Below are positions 38,785 through 50,281 of a DNA stretch of 64,000 nucleotides, piece by piece (the first letter of the stretch is position 1; the number at the start of each line of letters is the position of its first letter). A model generated the notes under the pieces. The model was not told the origin of the DNA and did no database searches. It saw nothing but the letters and a program-made list of their open reading frames with translations. The translations under genes and the position numbers were made by a program. The stretch covers positions 115,224,538-115,288,537 of the forward strand of contig JAUZTB010000064.1 of NCBI GenBank assembly GCA_034780895.1. Direction: 5' to 3'. This DNA comes from Rhynchobatus australiae. Its lineage: Eukaryota.

Positions 38785-39455
38785 CATAAGCCCATAAGAT
38801 ATAGCAGCAGAATTAAGGCATACAGCCCATCAAGTGTGCTCCACCATTCAATCATGGCTGATTTTCAACCGCCTTCTCCCTGTAACCCTTAACCCCCTTA
38901 CCAATCAAGNNNNNNNNNNNNNNNNNNNNNNNNNNNNNNNNNNNNNNNNNNNNNNNNNNNNNNNNNNNNNNNNNNNNNNNNNNNNNNNNNNNNNNNNNNN
39001 NNNNNNNNNTGATTTTCAACCGCCTTCTCCCTGTAACCCTTAACCCCCTTACCAATCAAGAACCTATCAATCTCTACCTTAAATACACTCAATGACTTGC
39101 CTTCCACATCCATCTATGGCAACAAATTCCACAGATTTATCACCCACTGGCTGAAGAAATACCTCTTGCTCTCAGTTGTAGAGGGTCGTCCCTTTATTCT
39201 GAGTCTGTGCCCTCAGATTCTAGACTCTTCTGCCAATGGAAACATCCTCTCCATTGAGTACAGGCCCAGAGACATCAAACACTCTTCATAGTTTAAGCCT
39301 TTCATTCCTGAGATCATTCTTCTGAACCTCCTCTAGACTCTCTCCAGGGCCAGCACATCCATCCTTCAATACGGGGCCCAAAATTGCTCACAGTATTCCA
39401 AATGCAGTCTGACCAATGCCTTATAAAGCTTCAGCAGTATATCCTTGCTTTTATG
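38785..39455 (-). mobile_element. CR1-like LINE 3' end
   Basis: LYKALVRLHLEYCEQFWAP; SLSVFKVEIDRFL. Confidence 0.9.
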
Positions 39456-39913
39456 GCTTATATGTATTGAGACACAGCACTGGTAGAGGTTTACTTACAC
39501 ATTACATTGGCCAGTTATGTTTTGGGTCTTGAAGCTCCTGGTGTAAAACCAATTGTCTGTGAAACTGTTAAATTGGTTAATTAACAACCATTCNNNNNNN
39601 NNNNNNNNNNNNNNNNNNNNNNNNNNNNNNNNNNNNNNNNNNNNNNNNNNNNNNNNNNNNNNNNNNNNNNNNNNNNNNNNNNNNNNNNNNNNNNNNNNNN
39701 NNNNNNNNNNNNNNNNNNNNNNNNNNNNNNNNNNNNNNNNNNNNNNNNNNNNNNNNNNNNNNNNNNNNNNNNNNNNNNNNNNNNNNNNNNNNNNNNNNNN
39801 NNNNNNNNNNNNNNNNNNNNNNNNNNNNNNNNNNNNNNNNNNNNNNNNNNNNNNNNNNNNNNNNNNNNNNNNNNNNNNNNNNNNNNNNNNNNNNNNNNNN
39901 NNNNNNNNNNNNC

Positions 39914-40156
39914 ATCTTTTATTCTCCTCACACACTCATCAACTCACCCTAGATCCCACTGCTCACCTACATATTAGGGGCAATTTACAGTGGCCGTTTA
40001 ATCTACCAACCTGCACATGCTTGAGATGTGGGAGGAAACCAGAGCACCTGGAGGAAACCCACACAGTGGCTGGGAGAACATGCAAACTCCATGCAGACAG
40101 CACTCATGATCAGGACTGAGCTGGGTCTCTGGTACTGTGAGGCAGCAGCTTTACCA
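39914..40156 (-). mobile_element. V-SINE (HE1-like)
   Basis: tgtgggaggaaaccagagcacctggaggaaacccac..gtgtcactgtgctgcc. Confidence 0.9.
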
Positions 40157-40559
40157 GCTGTGTCACTGTGCTGCCAATCTCCTTACACACTTGGTGTCAT
40201 GTCCACTTTTGGATAGTTTAATTCCGGATTTGAACTCAAAGAAGCTTTTCTTTGTCAGACCTGCTTGGATTTGATACTTCACATTCTGCTGTCTGCACTG
40301 GTTCCAGCTCAAATAACTTCATGAATGAGTGATTCAACATCCAGACTTGGTTCACCTCTAGCATGAATTATCTGATCTACACAAACACATCAGGATTTGT
40401 CAGCAACTTCAACTAAATACCCCCTGGTTTTGGAAACCTCTATTGAGGATTCTACCTTTCACTTGACCTGTTGGTGGTCTAAGAACTCAAATGTGCTTAC
40501 TTTACTTGAAACTCTGTTCCTTTTGGTTAGTGTTGTAGTGACACTTTTGATTCAACTGA

Positions 40560-41145
40560 TTCTGCTCAACTCCAGAAACCAAATTTGGTTGAACAAGGCG
40601 GGTTCTCAATTTTCTCTTCAAGTGTTTTTGCATGTATCTCCTGTGTTAATATGCATAATTGTTCTGTAGTCCAGCAAGAAAAGGGCCAGGCAACGTTTCA
40701 TGCTGAGTTTTGAATATTACCGCAACAATTGCCTCTGACTGCCAGCTTGTTTCTTCCATTGGAAGACAAATGATACAAAGAAATGAGAACATATTTAATA
40801 TCATTCTGTGACAGTCTGTGAGAAGATCAAGACTGAAGCCATCTTCAGATGACCCATGATATGCACATAAAAACATGCACATCTGTAACATATTCAGCTG
40901 TATTATCTGCACCCTTGTGTTTCACTTCAATCCACTTTGAGTGACCGTTCATCAATATTAGGAAATGTCATTTGCCTTTTCTCAAAAGTCTGTGTGAACA
41001 TGGTAGGCTGTGATTATGACTGCAATGGAGTTTTTGATGACTTTTTTTATACCTTTGGCTGATACTATATTTCCTTACCAATGATTCAAACTCACTGCCC
41101 AGATGAAGCTAATAAACAAAGCTTCTTGCAGTTATGTTCATGTTG
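40560..41145 (-). mobile_element. Gypsy integrase relic
   Basis: Frameshifted minus strand: ARSFVY..EFESLVRK, FLILMNGHSKWIEV, AYHG, YHLSSNG (YHPxSNG), LALFLLDYRT..TG..KRKLRTRL. Confidence 0.75.
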
Positions 41146-41169
41146 TGTGTTCACTGTAATGTTTGACCA

Positions 41170-41660
41170 TGATCTTTTCTCTCAGCATAGTAAGTATTAC
41201 TACCTTCTGATCTCACACGATGCACCCCGACTCACATGGCAACTCATTCCAAGAACCATGGAACAATTTCAGTTCCCTGTCTATATATGGGTCCAATGCT
41301 GTCTACTTTTTCCATGTCTGATCGTAGACCATGTGTCTTTTTGGGTCTTGCTTGTGTTTTCAGACACATTTACTGAAAAGTCCTCAAACTGGATCAAGTG
41401 TTACATTCCCACTTACATCTCCAACATCAGAGCTCTCATGAGGTAACCACGACAGAGCCATGCGATGGTGTTCTGCTCAGTACACCACTGTATTATTATA
41501 CTGAGGTGCAAGAATTGCCCATCTTCTAATCCTGGATATCACCACAAGTATAAGATTAGGTGAAACCTCTAAAGTCTGCCACATCTCATTGTGAATGATG
41601 GTGGACAATTAAGCAGGTAACAGAAGGAAGGCACCAAGAACGTCCCCATCCTCAAAGGTG
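41170..41660 (+). mobile_element. Ancient CR1-group LINE internal fragment
   Basis: tctgccacatctcattgtgaatgatggtggacaattaagcag..gtccccatcctcaaagg. Confidence 0.55.
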
Positions 41661-42588
41661 GCAGGTCTGAAATCTACCCATTGAGAGGGAGTAGAACAAA
41701 AGTTACCAAAAATTGTACTTCATTAAAGATTATAAACAGACATTTCATCTATTTTTTACAGTTCTTGAGCTTTTTTAAAAATATCTTTTTTTCTGTAAAT
41801 TTATTGCTCAAAATTGCATTCTAGGGATATGTTTACTCTTTTTGCACATCTGGCTATAATTAATTCTGCTGGCCATTTGATACCTTTGAAATCTGGTGGC
41901 TTGGGGGCTGGGAGGGATGTGGTGGAGGAAATCTCACCTGATATGAAAACCATTTAAGGGTAGAGCCGGCTTCTTACGATCAGAATGGCCCTGTGATTGG
42001 TGGGTCTTCGTCAGTCAACTGGGAGCTGGCATCACATTGCAAGACTGAGCCTCTGACCATGCTGGGAGCATGGCAACAGGCAACCAGGGAGCTCAAGTAN
42101 NNNNNNNNNNNNNNNNNNNNNNNNNNNNNNNNNNNNNNNNNNNNNNNNNNNNNNNNNNNNNNNNNNNNNNNNNNNNNNNNNNNNNNNNNNNNNNNNNNNN
42201 NNNNNNNNNNNNNNNNNNNNNNNNNNNNNNNNNNNNNNNNNNNNNNNNNNNNNNNNNNNNNNNNNNNNNNNNNNNNNNNNNNNNNNNNNNNNNNNNNNNN
42301 NNNNNNNNNNNNCCTTATCCAGTCCCATCTGCAGAATCTCAAATTGTATTTTTTTTAAATCCATTGTTATTGATTGTCATGAAGATCAAAGTGAGAACAG
42401 CCATTCCCATTTAACTCCAATGGAAACCTACAAACTGGGGGCAGGATTAAGTTATCATTAATCACACATTGAATCTAGTCCATGTTTCACTAGAAACATG
42501 ACAGATTTTCCTGCTCAATTTTCTTATTCCTTAATTCCCATGGTGTTGAAAAAACTATCATTCACGCACTTAAATACACTCAACAACT

Positions 42589-42683
42589 GGGCCTCTTTAT
42601 CCCTCATACCATCTTCAACAGACACTTGAACCAGAGGGCCTCTTTATCCCGCATACCACCTTCAACAGACACTTGAATCAGAG
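42589..42683. repeat. 47-bp tandem duplication (2 copies)
   Basis: gggcctctttatcc[ct/cg]catacc..cagacacttgaa[c/t]caga twice, 3 mismatches. Confidence 0.95.
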
Positions 42684-45054
42684 TGCTCTTGAGTTAATTA
42701 CTCAGATCTGGTCAAATCCAATAAGGGAATATTGTTGTAAATTATCATGAAGAAATAATCTGACTTTTACTGCAGATAGCTGTAAAGTGTGCAGCAGTGT
42801 GTCAGGTCCTCGCGCATTACTGCTCAGAAGTCGGAGTTTATTGCTGCCGATTTCCTGGCATCTATTTCCAAAGCACTCAGCATGGCCTCAAAAGGTACCA
42901 ACAATGTGTCATGATGCCTAATCCTGTTCTCATTACTTATGTTCTTGTTTTACCTGGAGACGTGATGGTTGATGACACCTCTTTATGAACAAGTGCCGTC
43001 GCTAATTAACTGGATTCTGAAAAGTTGCACTCATATCTCAATCACGCTTTATTTACATGCACAAGGAGAACAGTTTGGCCCCTGTCACTGAACTATTCTA
43101 AAGTTTCAATGAAGAGTTGTCTTTTTTAAACAGACGTTGACCAATTAAAACTTTGGGCACCTTAGAATCCCTCATTTGTATACATAAAACACCAATCATG
43201 TTCCATTAATATAGGTATTAATGACAAATAGAAACTACATGTTAATGGCCAATAATACCTTTGAGNNNNNNNNNNTTCTCCAAGAATTAGTGTGGGCCTT
43301 GCAATCCTTCATTTGCATCCTTATCTTGTCTTGATATGCCTGGTGACCTCGGTTCCCATGCTGTACAAAGAGGAGCTATGGTCTCAAGGACCTCGCTCAG
43401 CATGGGTGACTGCAGACTGTCTGCAAACCATCTCTGCCTGCACACCGTCTTAACCCTTGCCTTGCCACTGTGTCCACACAAGTACTGATGTAATTCTTCA
43501 AATCAGACCCAAAGATTGGAATGGAATTTATCAATCAACTCCCTGCTGAAGTCTTAACCAAAGGTGATACAGAGGAGAAATCCCTCAGACTGTGACATTG
43601 GGCAGTGATTGCTTGGCTCCCAAGTCCATTTAATCCTTTTTGCTGGTGCTCGTCACCTCACTAGCATGCTATCTGAATGCTACATAATCTTTGGATCTAT
43701 GGTTGTAACTAAACTGGATAATCTGTGTGAAACAATGTCATGGAAATACATAGAAAAACAGGAAAAAAATGCTGCAATTGCTTTGTTTTTGGCTGTTTCT
43801 AGCTGATATAAGAAAGAACCTATTAGAAGGGATATGGAAGAAGTATTAGGAGGGTTTTAAGATGGAATGCTTCTAAGCAAATTAAGATGTTTAAAATATT
43901 ATGTGGTATACTACCACCGTACAATGGATATTTTTGTGTAAAGGAGTGAAGGTAGAATGAGACTAATAAAAAGAGGATATTTTCTAGACGGTGACAGCAC
44001 AGATTTGAGCTCTCCCTCCCATGTTCCTTTTACAAATTCCAGGCCATAAATGCTGAGGGCCATTTCCTCAAATCTCAACAGCTCCTTCAAATTGGCAGTT
44101 GTCCTACTCAGGCACTCACGGTGGCTGTGAACAGCCTTCTTCTGGAAGCATGCTAAAGACATCCAGATGTTAGAACTTGGCAGAGCACCCAGACAGCCAG
44201 CCCTGCGGCCAGGCCCCATCCCATCCCATGTGAATGCATTCCAATGCAGCACGCATGGGGTTTTTGGCGGCAGTCATTTTCAACATTTATGTGTTGCAGT
44301 ACAAACTATTTATGATGTACAACAAAGTGTGCCTCACGGCTTTTCTGTAATAAAAAAGTGTGTACAAATGTTTTGTTTTCCATACCCAATAATAGTGCCT
44401 CCCTGGTGACACTGTAGCTTTCAAATTTGCTTAGTAATATGCCCTATTGTAAATGTATGTGCATAATTAGTTACTCTTGGCTTGAGAACCCTTGTGATGC
44501 CAGGAAATATCTTTCTCACTTGTCCAAAGTTTCTTTTCATTCCTTCCAACGAAGCAGTTTTGGTAAGAAGAGGTGTGGCTTCCTTTCCAGACAAGGCCAC
44601 CCTCAAAAGATGCCATTGTATAATGATTTCTCCCCCATATTTCATCTTGTTTCCATTGAAATTCCATCCAAAGTCAGTTTTCGACCAAACATTTCCCTGG
44701 GTTTGGGTCTTGAAGGACTTTGGGCTCATCCCATATACAACTGCGTTCCCAGCCTGGCTGCGTCTGCCTTCAGTGCAGACACTGGCAGCTGACTAAACTT
44801 AGGAGGCATGGTTCCCTATGCAAACTTCAGCCATTGCAAAATCAGAGCTTATATATTTCAATGTCCTTTGTAGATTGGTTAGCTCGGATTAACTAAACAA
44901 TGATTGTCTACATTAATACAACAATCTGTTGCTCAGTCTTCAGGACAAATTGGATTTGATGGGGCAATCTAGTTAGACTTCTGTGGCATTAACAAAGAAA
45001 AATAGGAAGGAAAGCTGGCTTTTATGTGGAAACTTTCATCATCACTCAATGTAA

Positions 45055-45657
45055 AAGGCCTTCATTAGTCAGGACAATGAGTATAGATGTCATGTTGCAG
45101 TTGTACAAGGCCACACTTAGAATATTATGTTCAGTTTTTATCACCCTGCTATAGGAAAGATGCCATTAAGTTGNNNNNNNNNNNNNNNNNNNNNNNNNNN
45201 NNNNNNNNNNNNNNNNNNNNNNNNNNNNNNNNNNNNNNNNNNNNNNNNNNNNNNNNNNNNNNNNNNNNNNNNNNNNNNNNNNNNNNNNNNNNNNNNNTAT
45301 GAGGGGCATAGATAGGGTGAACACCACGGTCCTTTTCCCAGGGTTGGGGAATCAAAAAACTGGAGGGCATAGGTTTAAGGTGAGAGGGGAGAGATTTAAT
45401 AGGATCTCTGCTGGGGCAATTTTTTTACCTAGAGAGCAGTAAGGATATGGAATGAGCTGCCAGAGGAAGTGATTGAGGCTGTTACGTTGACAACATTGAA
45501 GGGTACTTGGACAGGTACATGGACAGGAAAGGTTTCGTGGGATATGGGTCAAACATGGGCAAATAGGACTAGCTTAGATGGGAATCTTGGTCAGCATGGA
45601 CCAATTGGATCAAAGGGCCTGTTCCTGTGCTGTATGACTCTTTGACTCTATGACTTT
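45055..45657 (+). mobile_element. CR1/HER1-like LINE 3' end (gap inside)
   Basis: RPHLEYYVQFLSPCYRKDAIKL; tail aagggcctgttcctgtgctgtatgactct.. Confidence 0.92.
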
Positions 45658-45699
45658 GTGTACTGAAGTGCTTCATTGCCAACATTGCACCTTTGAAGT

Positions 45700-46030
45700 G
45701 CAAGCACTTCTTTAAAAATGGAAATACCAGCAGATAATTTGTGAGTAGCAAGCTCCTAGAAACTGTCATATAATAGTAACAATAATGTTTTTATTAATGT
45801 TGATTAAGGGATAAATATTGGCAGGACACAAATATATCTTTCCAGTTCTTCTTCAAAACAGTGGCTTTGGATGTTTACATTTACTAGAGAGACCAGTCAG
45901 GATCTCCATTTATTGCCTCATCAGAAATGACCAAACCTCAGATAGTGCAGACCTCCCTCACCTTTACTCTAGAGTGTTGATCTGGATCAGTGGGAGTTGT
46001 ACCTGACTTGGAGCAAAGGTGCTACCATAA
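45700..46030 (-). mobile_element. Deu-SINE (SacSINE1-like)
   Basis: gggataaatattggcaggacac..ttcttcttcaaaacagtggc..ctcatcagaaa..agtgcagacctccctca (Deu domain, reverse). Confidence 0.7.
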
Positions 46031-47499
46031 ATCCTACAGCTGACATGTAGCTGTTGTCCTCTTCCCCCTAACAATGTTCATGTCAAGACAGTTTGCAATA
46101 GTGCCTCCTCTCTCTTCAAATGGAATTTCTAAAATCTTATTAATTTCTTAGTAAGAATTTAACTTATTAGTGTACTTAACCATGCTTCTTCTGAAATTAT
46201 CATGATAGCCTACCTTTTATGTCATAAATTGTTCAGTTATTATCAGTTACAGTCCAATTCCATCCCAAATCTTGAGAGCATCGAAAACCGGAAACTGCTG
46301 TGTACAAAGTGTTGAGGTCAGAGTGTCGACCCTTTAACTGACAGCTGGGTGACAATCTCTGTGTGTTACACCTCTAGTTTTTGTGCGATTACTTAATGAA
46401 GGTAGTAGGTTGCACTTCCTGTCAGTTAGAAGTGGAAAAGTGTGATGTGTGACTTATGATGCCACGAAAATACAGACATACTAAGTTGAATTGTGCATGG
46501 AAGTGCCTAGGGCAATTTCCTAAATTCACTCAAGAATAATCGTTATTGTGATCTACTCCAGATTAAATCACATTTGTGTGCAATTTTAACAAAAAAAATG
46601 CTCATTCCTTGGCTAAAATGTCGCTTTAAGGAAATTTTCCTTGATTTTTTTCAGGCTTGTGCCTAGTTGCAGCTTGATTAANNNNNNNNNNNNNNNNNNN
46701 NNNNNNNNGACTGAAAACAACTTTAAACAACTTTAACTTTTGACTTTGACTTTAAGCAACCTGTTGACCTGATGCAGACCATATTACTAATTAAATCAGA
46801 GTACAGTTATCAGTTTATTTATACATTTAAAAACAGATATTCAAAACATTTGAAATTTTGACCATTAGAATCTTTGTGTTGAGAAAGCTCGATATGTTGA
46901 GCTTCTTTGAATGCGTGTAAGTGAGTGCAACTTCAGAAGACTCCCAGTGGTGCTGAACTCCACATGAAGGTAGGCCAATTTTGTAAGTGAGATTGGCTGC
47001 CCATGCTTTCAATTAACACAAAACATGTCAATAGTGGAACTGCCCTGAACATAAAATTCTGTACTATTGCTCTGACATGGTCTATTTAGAACAGCTAGAG
47101 AAATCTCAACCTCACAAAAATACTCTGTCTTGGTGTTTGATTAGTGTATAAATGCCACACTTTACTTTCAGTTATATTATTGTCCGGTTTTTATTTATTT
47201 TAGCAATTATGAATCTAACACAACATACATCACAAGTATGAGACCAGGTAATATACCATCTAATACACTTGGAGGAATATAAGAAAGTGAGAGGAAATTG
47301 CATGTATTGTAAGACCAATCCCTTAACAGGTTTCTTTTCGTTTAATTTATTTATTCCTCTAAATTAGTGTACTTCATATTTTGGGACAGGGAAACAGGAA
47401 AAAAAAACACATTTATAGGCTTTTGCCTTAAACAAACCACAAAGAAGGATAATTACTGGGGTTATTTTTACCCTATTGGTAAGGATGTCATAATGAAGT

Positions 47500-48190
47500 T
47501 TGTTTTTAATTAATCCTTCAGAGTAGGCTTCACTAGTAAAACAATTACTGCTAATAATTAGATATCCTTGATAAGGTAGTGGTTAGCATAGCTTGTGAAG
47601 TATCGATTCCATAATGTACTCCACACATTCTTCGATAGGGGTTCCCGACCCTAACTCAGCAATGATGGAGGAACAACATGTATGTCTCTGTTAGGACACT
47701 GTGTGGTTTGGAGAAGATTAGAGGTAACCATCTGTTGGTTGTTCTTGCCCTTATGGATGATGGAGATCAGAGGTAATGTTGAAGAAGCCTTGGCAAGCTG
47801 TAGGAATACTTCCTGTGAATAGTTTGTACCTCAGCCTTAGTGGGAGGAGTGAATCTTTAATGTGATGGATCAGCTGCTGATCATGAGCTATTTTACTCAA
47901 GAAAATGTGGAGTTTCTTAAGTGTTTTGAAATTCCACCTACTGTATATAGGCAAATGGAGACTATTCCACCACACCCCATGATCAGCTGAGTGTATAGGA
48001 AAAGCCAAGCACTTTGACAGAGAGGGGTTTGGCAATGACAATACTATTGAATATCAGTGAGAGTTGGCTAGTCTCCCATTTTAGTGAAGGCCATTGCTTC
48101 ATACAATGTGGGATGATGTTACTTAGCTTAAGGTCTGACGTTGCAGCGACAATGTAACTGCAAGTGAGTGTTAATCATGGAATGACTGGC
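47500..48190 (-). mobile_element. Ancient CR1-group LINE 3' part
   Basis: ggagtgaatctttaatgtgatggat..ggagactattccaccacacc homologous to 27350-27500. Confidence 0.65.
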
Positions 48191-48999
48191 CTCTTCCTCC
48201 AAGACATGACCTATAACGTACAAGCCCAAAAACATTTAGTTAATTGTATAAATCATTTCTGAAATATGAAAAAGCTCAAGAATTTAGCCCTAAAAATCTT
48301 GAGTCTTTACCAACTTTACTAAAGCCAGCTTAGTTCCCACTTCATCACCTCCCATTGTCGTTTTAAAATAAGAGGATAGAAATACATCCTGGATTTCTCC
48401 TACTAAATGTACATATGTAGCATATTAAGTTATGTAATTTGTTATGCTTGGCTGCCTTGGGTTGCTGCCGTTCTGGCTTACCAGTGGTTAACCATCAAAG
48501 CAAGGGGGTCAGCGGGAGAATCATGGCGGCTCTCAGATGAACAGCATATATCTTCTTTCCTAGATTATTATAACAACAAATATTACAGAGGCAATGAGAT
48601 TAAATTTACCNNNNNNNNNNNNNNNNNNNNNNNNNNNNNNNNNNNNNNNNNNNNNNNNNNNNNNNNNNNNNNNNNNNNNNNNNNNNNNNNNNNNNNNNNN
48701 NNNNNNNNNNNNNNNNNNNNNNNNNNNNNNNNNNNNNNNNNNNNNNNNNNNNNNNNNNNNNNNNNNNNNNNNNNNNNNNNNNNNNNNNNNNNNNNNNNNN
48801 NNNNNNNNNNNNNNNNNNNNNNNNNNNNNNNNNNNNNNNNNNNNNNNNNNNNNNNNNNGCGATATTACAAGCTCCACAATCTAGAAACAAAAACTGAAGA
48901 GTGACAAAATGCCTGCAATTGGGCATGGATTGTAACCTGAAGGATCAAAAGAAGAATTTGGTTCTCAGTTGTAATACTTGAACAGTAGTTAGTGGCCAC

Positions 49000-49340
49000 T
49001 GATATTGCAGATGAGAAAAAAGGCAAATATATTCTTTGATATTTTGGACCCTACACATTTTGGACTTCTTAGAAGTCTGCACCCGAAAACTGGAGCACTT
49101 TGTTTTACACTGAACATAGTGAAACACTGTGGATTAATATTTCAAGACTAAGTCAATTCTCAGTGCAGAATAGTTCAGATTTCTTCATCGGCACCAAGAG
49201 GAAGAAGAAGGTTCTTCCTGACTACATCACTGCATTAAATCATCTGGTAAGGTCCTGTGATTTTGGTACATTGAGGTGATGACCTTCAAGATCAGTATGT
49301 CTGTGGTGCCCTAGGGAAAGTATATCACACAAGTATTGGA
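49000..49340 (+). mobile_element. Gypsy gag relic
   Basis: AE*FRFLHRHQEEEE..DYITALNHLVRSCDFG..LQDQYVCG resembles AERFRFHxRxQ..YVAELRRLAxxCEFG..LRDRLVCG. Confidence 0.75.
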
Positions 49341-50008
49341 ATTATAAGTCAACCTGTGAAATTGCACTAGAGCTTTGCCACTGGCTTTGGAACTTGTCTG
49401 CAAACANNNNNNNNNNNNNNNNNNNNNNNNNNNNNNNNNNNNNNNNNNNNNNNNNNNNNNNNNNNNNNNNNNNNNNNNNNNNNNNNNNNNNNNNNNNNNN
49501 NNNNNNNNNNNNNNNNNNNNNNNNNNNNNNNNNNNNNNNNNNNNNNNNNNNNNNNNNNNNNNNNNNNNNNNNNNNNNNNNNNNNNNNNNNNNNNNNNNNN
49601 NNNNNNNNNNNNNNNNNNNNNNNNNNNNNNNNNNNNNNNNNNNNNNNNNNNNNNNNNNNNNNNNNNNNNNNNNNNNNNNNNNNNNNNNNNNNNNNNNNNN
49701 NNNNNNNNNNNNNNNNNNNNNNNNNNNNNNNNNNNNNNNNNNNNNNNNNNNNNNNNNNNNNNNNNNNNNNNNNNNNNNNNNNNNNNNNNNNNNNNNNNNN
49801 NNNNNNNNNNNNNNNNNNNNNNNNNNNNNNNNNNNNNNNNNNNNNNNNNNNNNNNNNNNNNNNNNNNNNNNNNNNNNNNNNNNNNNNNNNNNNNNNNNNN
49901 NNNNNNNNNNNNNNNNNNNNNNNNNNNNNNNNNNNNNNNNNNNNNNNNNNNNNNNNNNNNNNNNNNNNNNNNNNNNNNNNNNNNNNNNNNNNNNNNNNNN
50001 NNNNNNNN

Positions 50009-50085
50009 GTGTGGTTTGATGGGCGGCACAACATGGTGGGCCAAAGGGCCTGTATTGTGCTGTATTGTTCTATGGTTCTATGGTA
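50009..50085 (+). mobile_element. CR1/HER1 3' tail
   Basis: Near-identical to 38423-38495. Confidence 0.88.
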
Positions 50086-50281
50086 GTGTTCATGGGTTCT
50101 TGGACCGTTCAGAAGCTGTCCCTGAATTGTTGAGTGTGGGTCTTCAGGATCCTGTATCTCCTCCCTGACGGTGGTAATGAGAAGAGGGCATGTCCCAGAT
50201 GATGTGGGTCCTTAATGATGGATGCGGCCTTTTTGAGGCACCGCCTCTTAAAGATATCCTCAGTGGTGGGGAGGGTGTGGG
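50086..50281 (-). mobile_element. Rex1-like LINE fragment
   Basis: agaagctgtccctgaa..atgggtccttaatgatggatgcggc-like (AASIIKDP on minus). Confidence 0.75.

Noticed and set aside
46400-46414. AGGTAGTAGGTTGCA, a 15-nt match to let-7d
   Set aside because: Seed is broken (GAAGGTAG), the 3' end diverges and no complementary star arm follows
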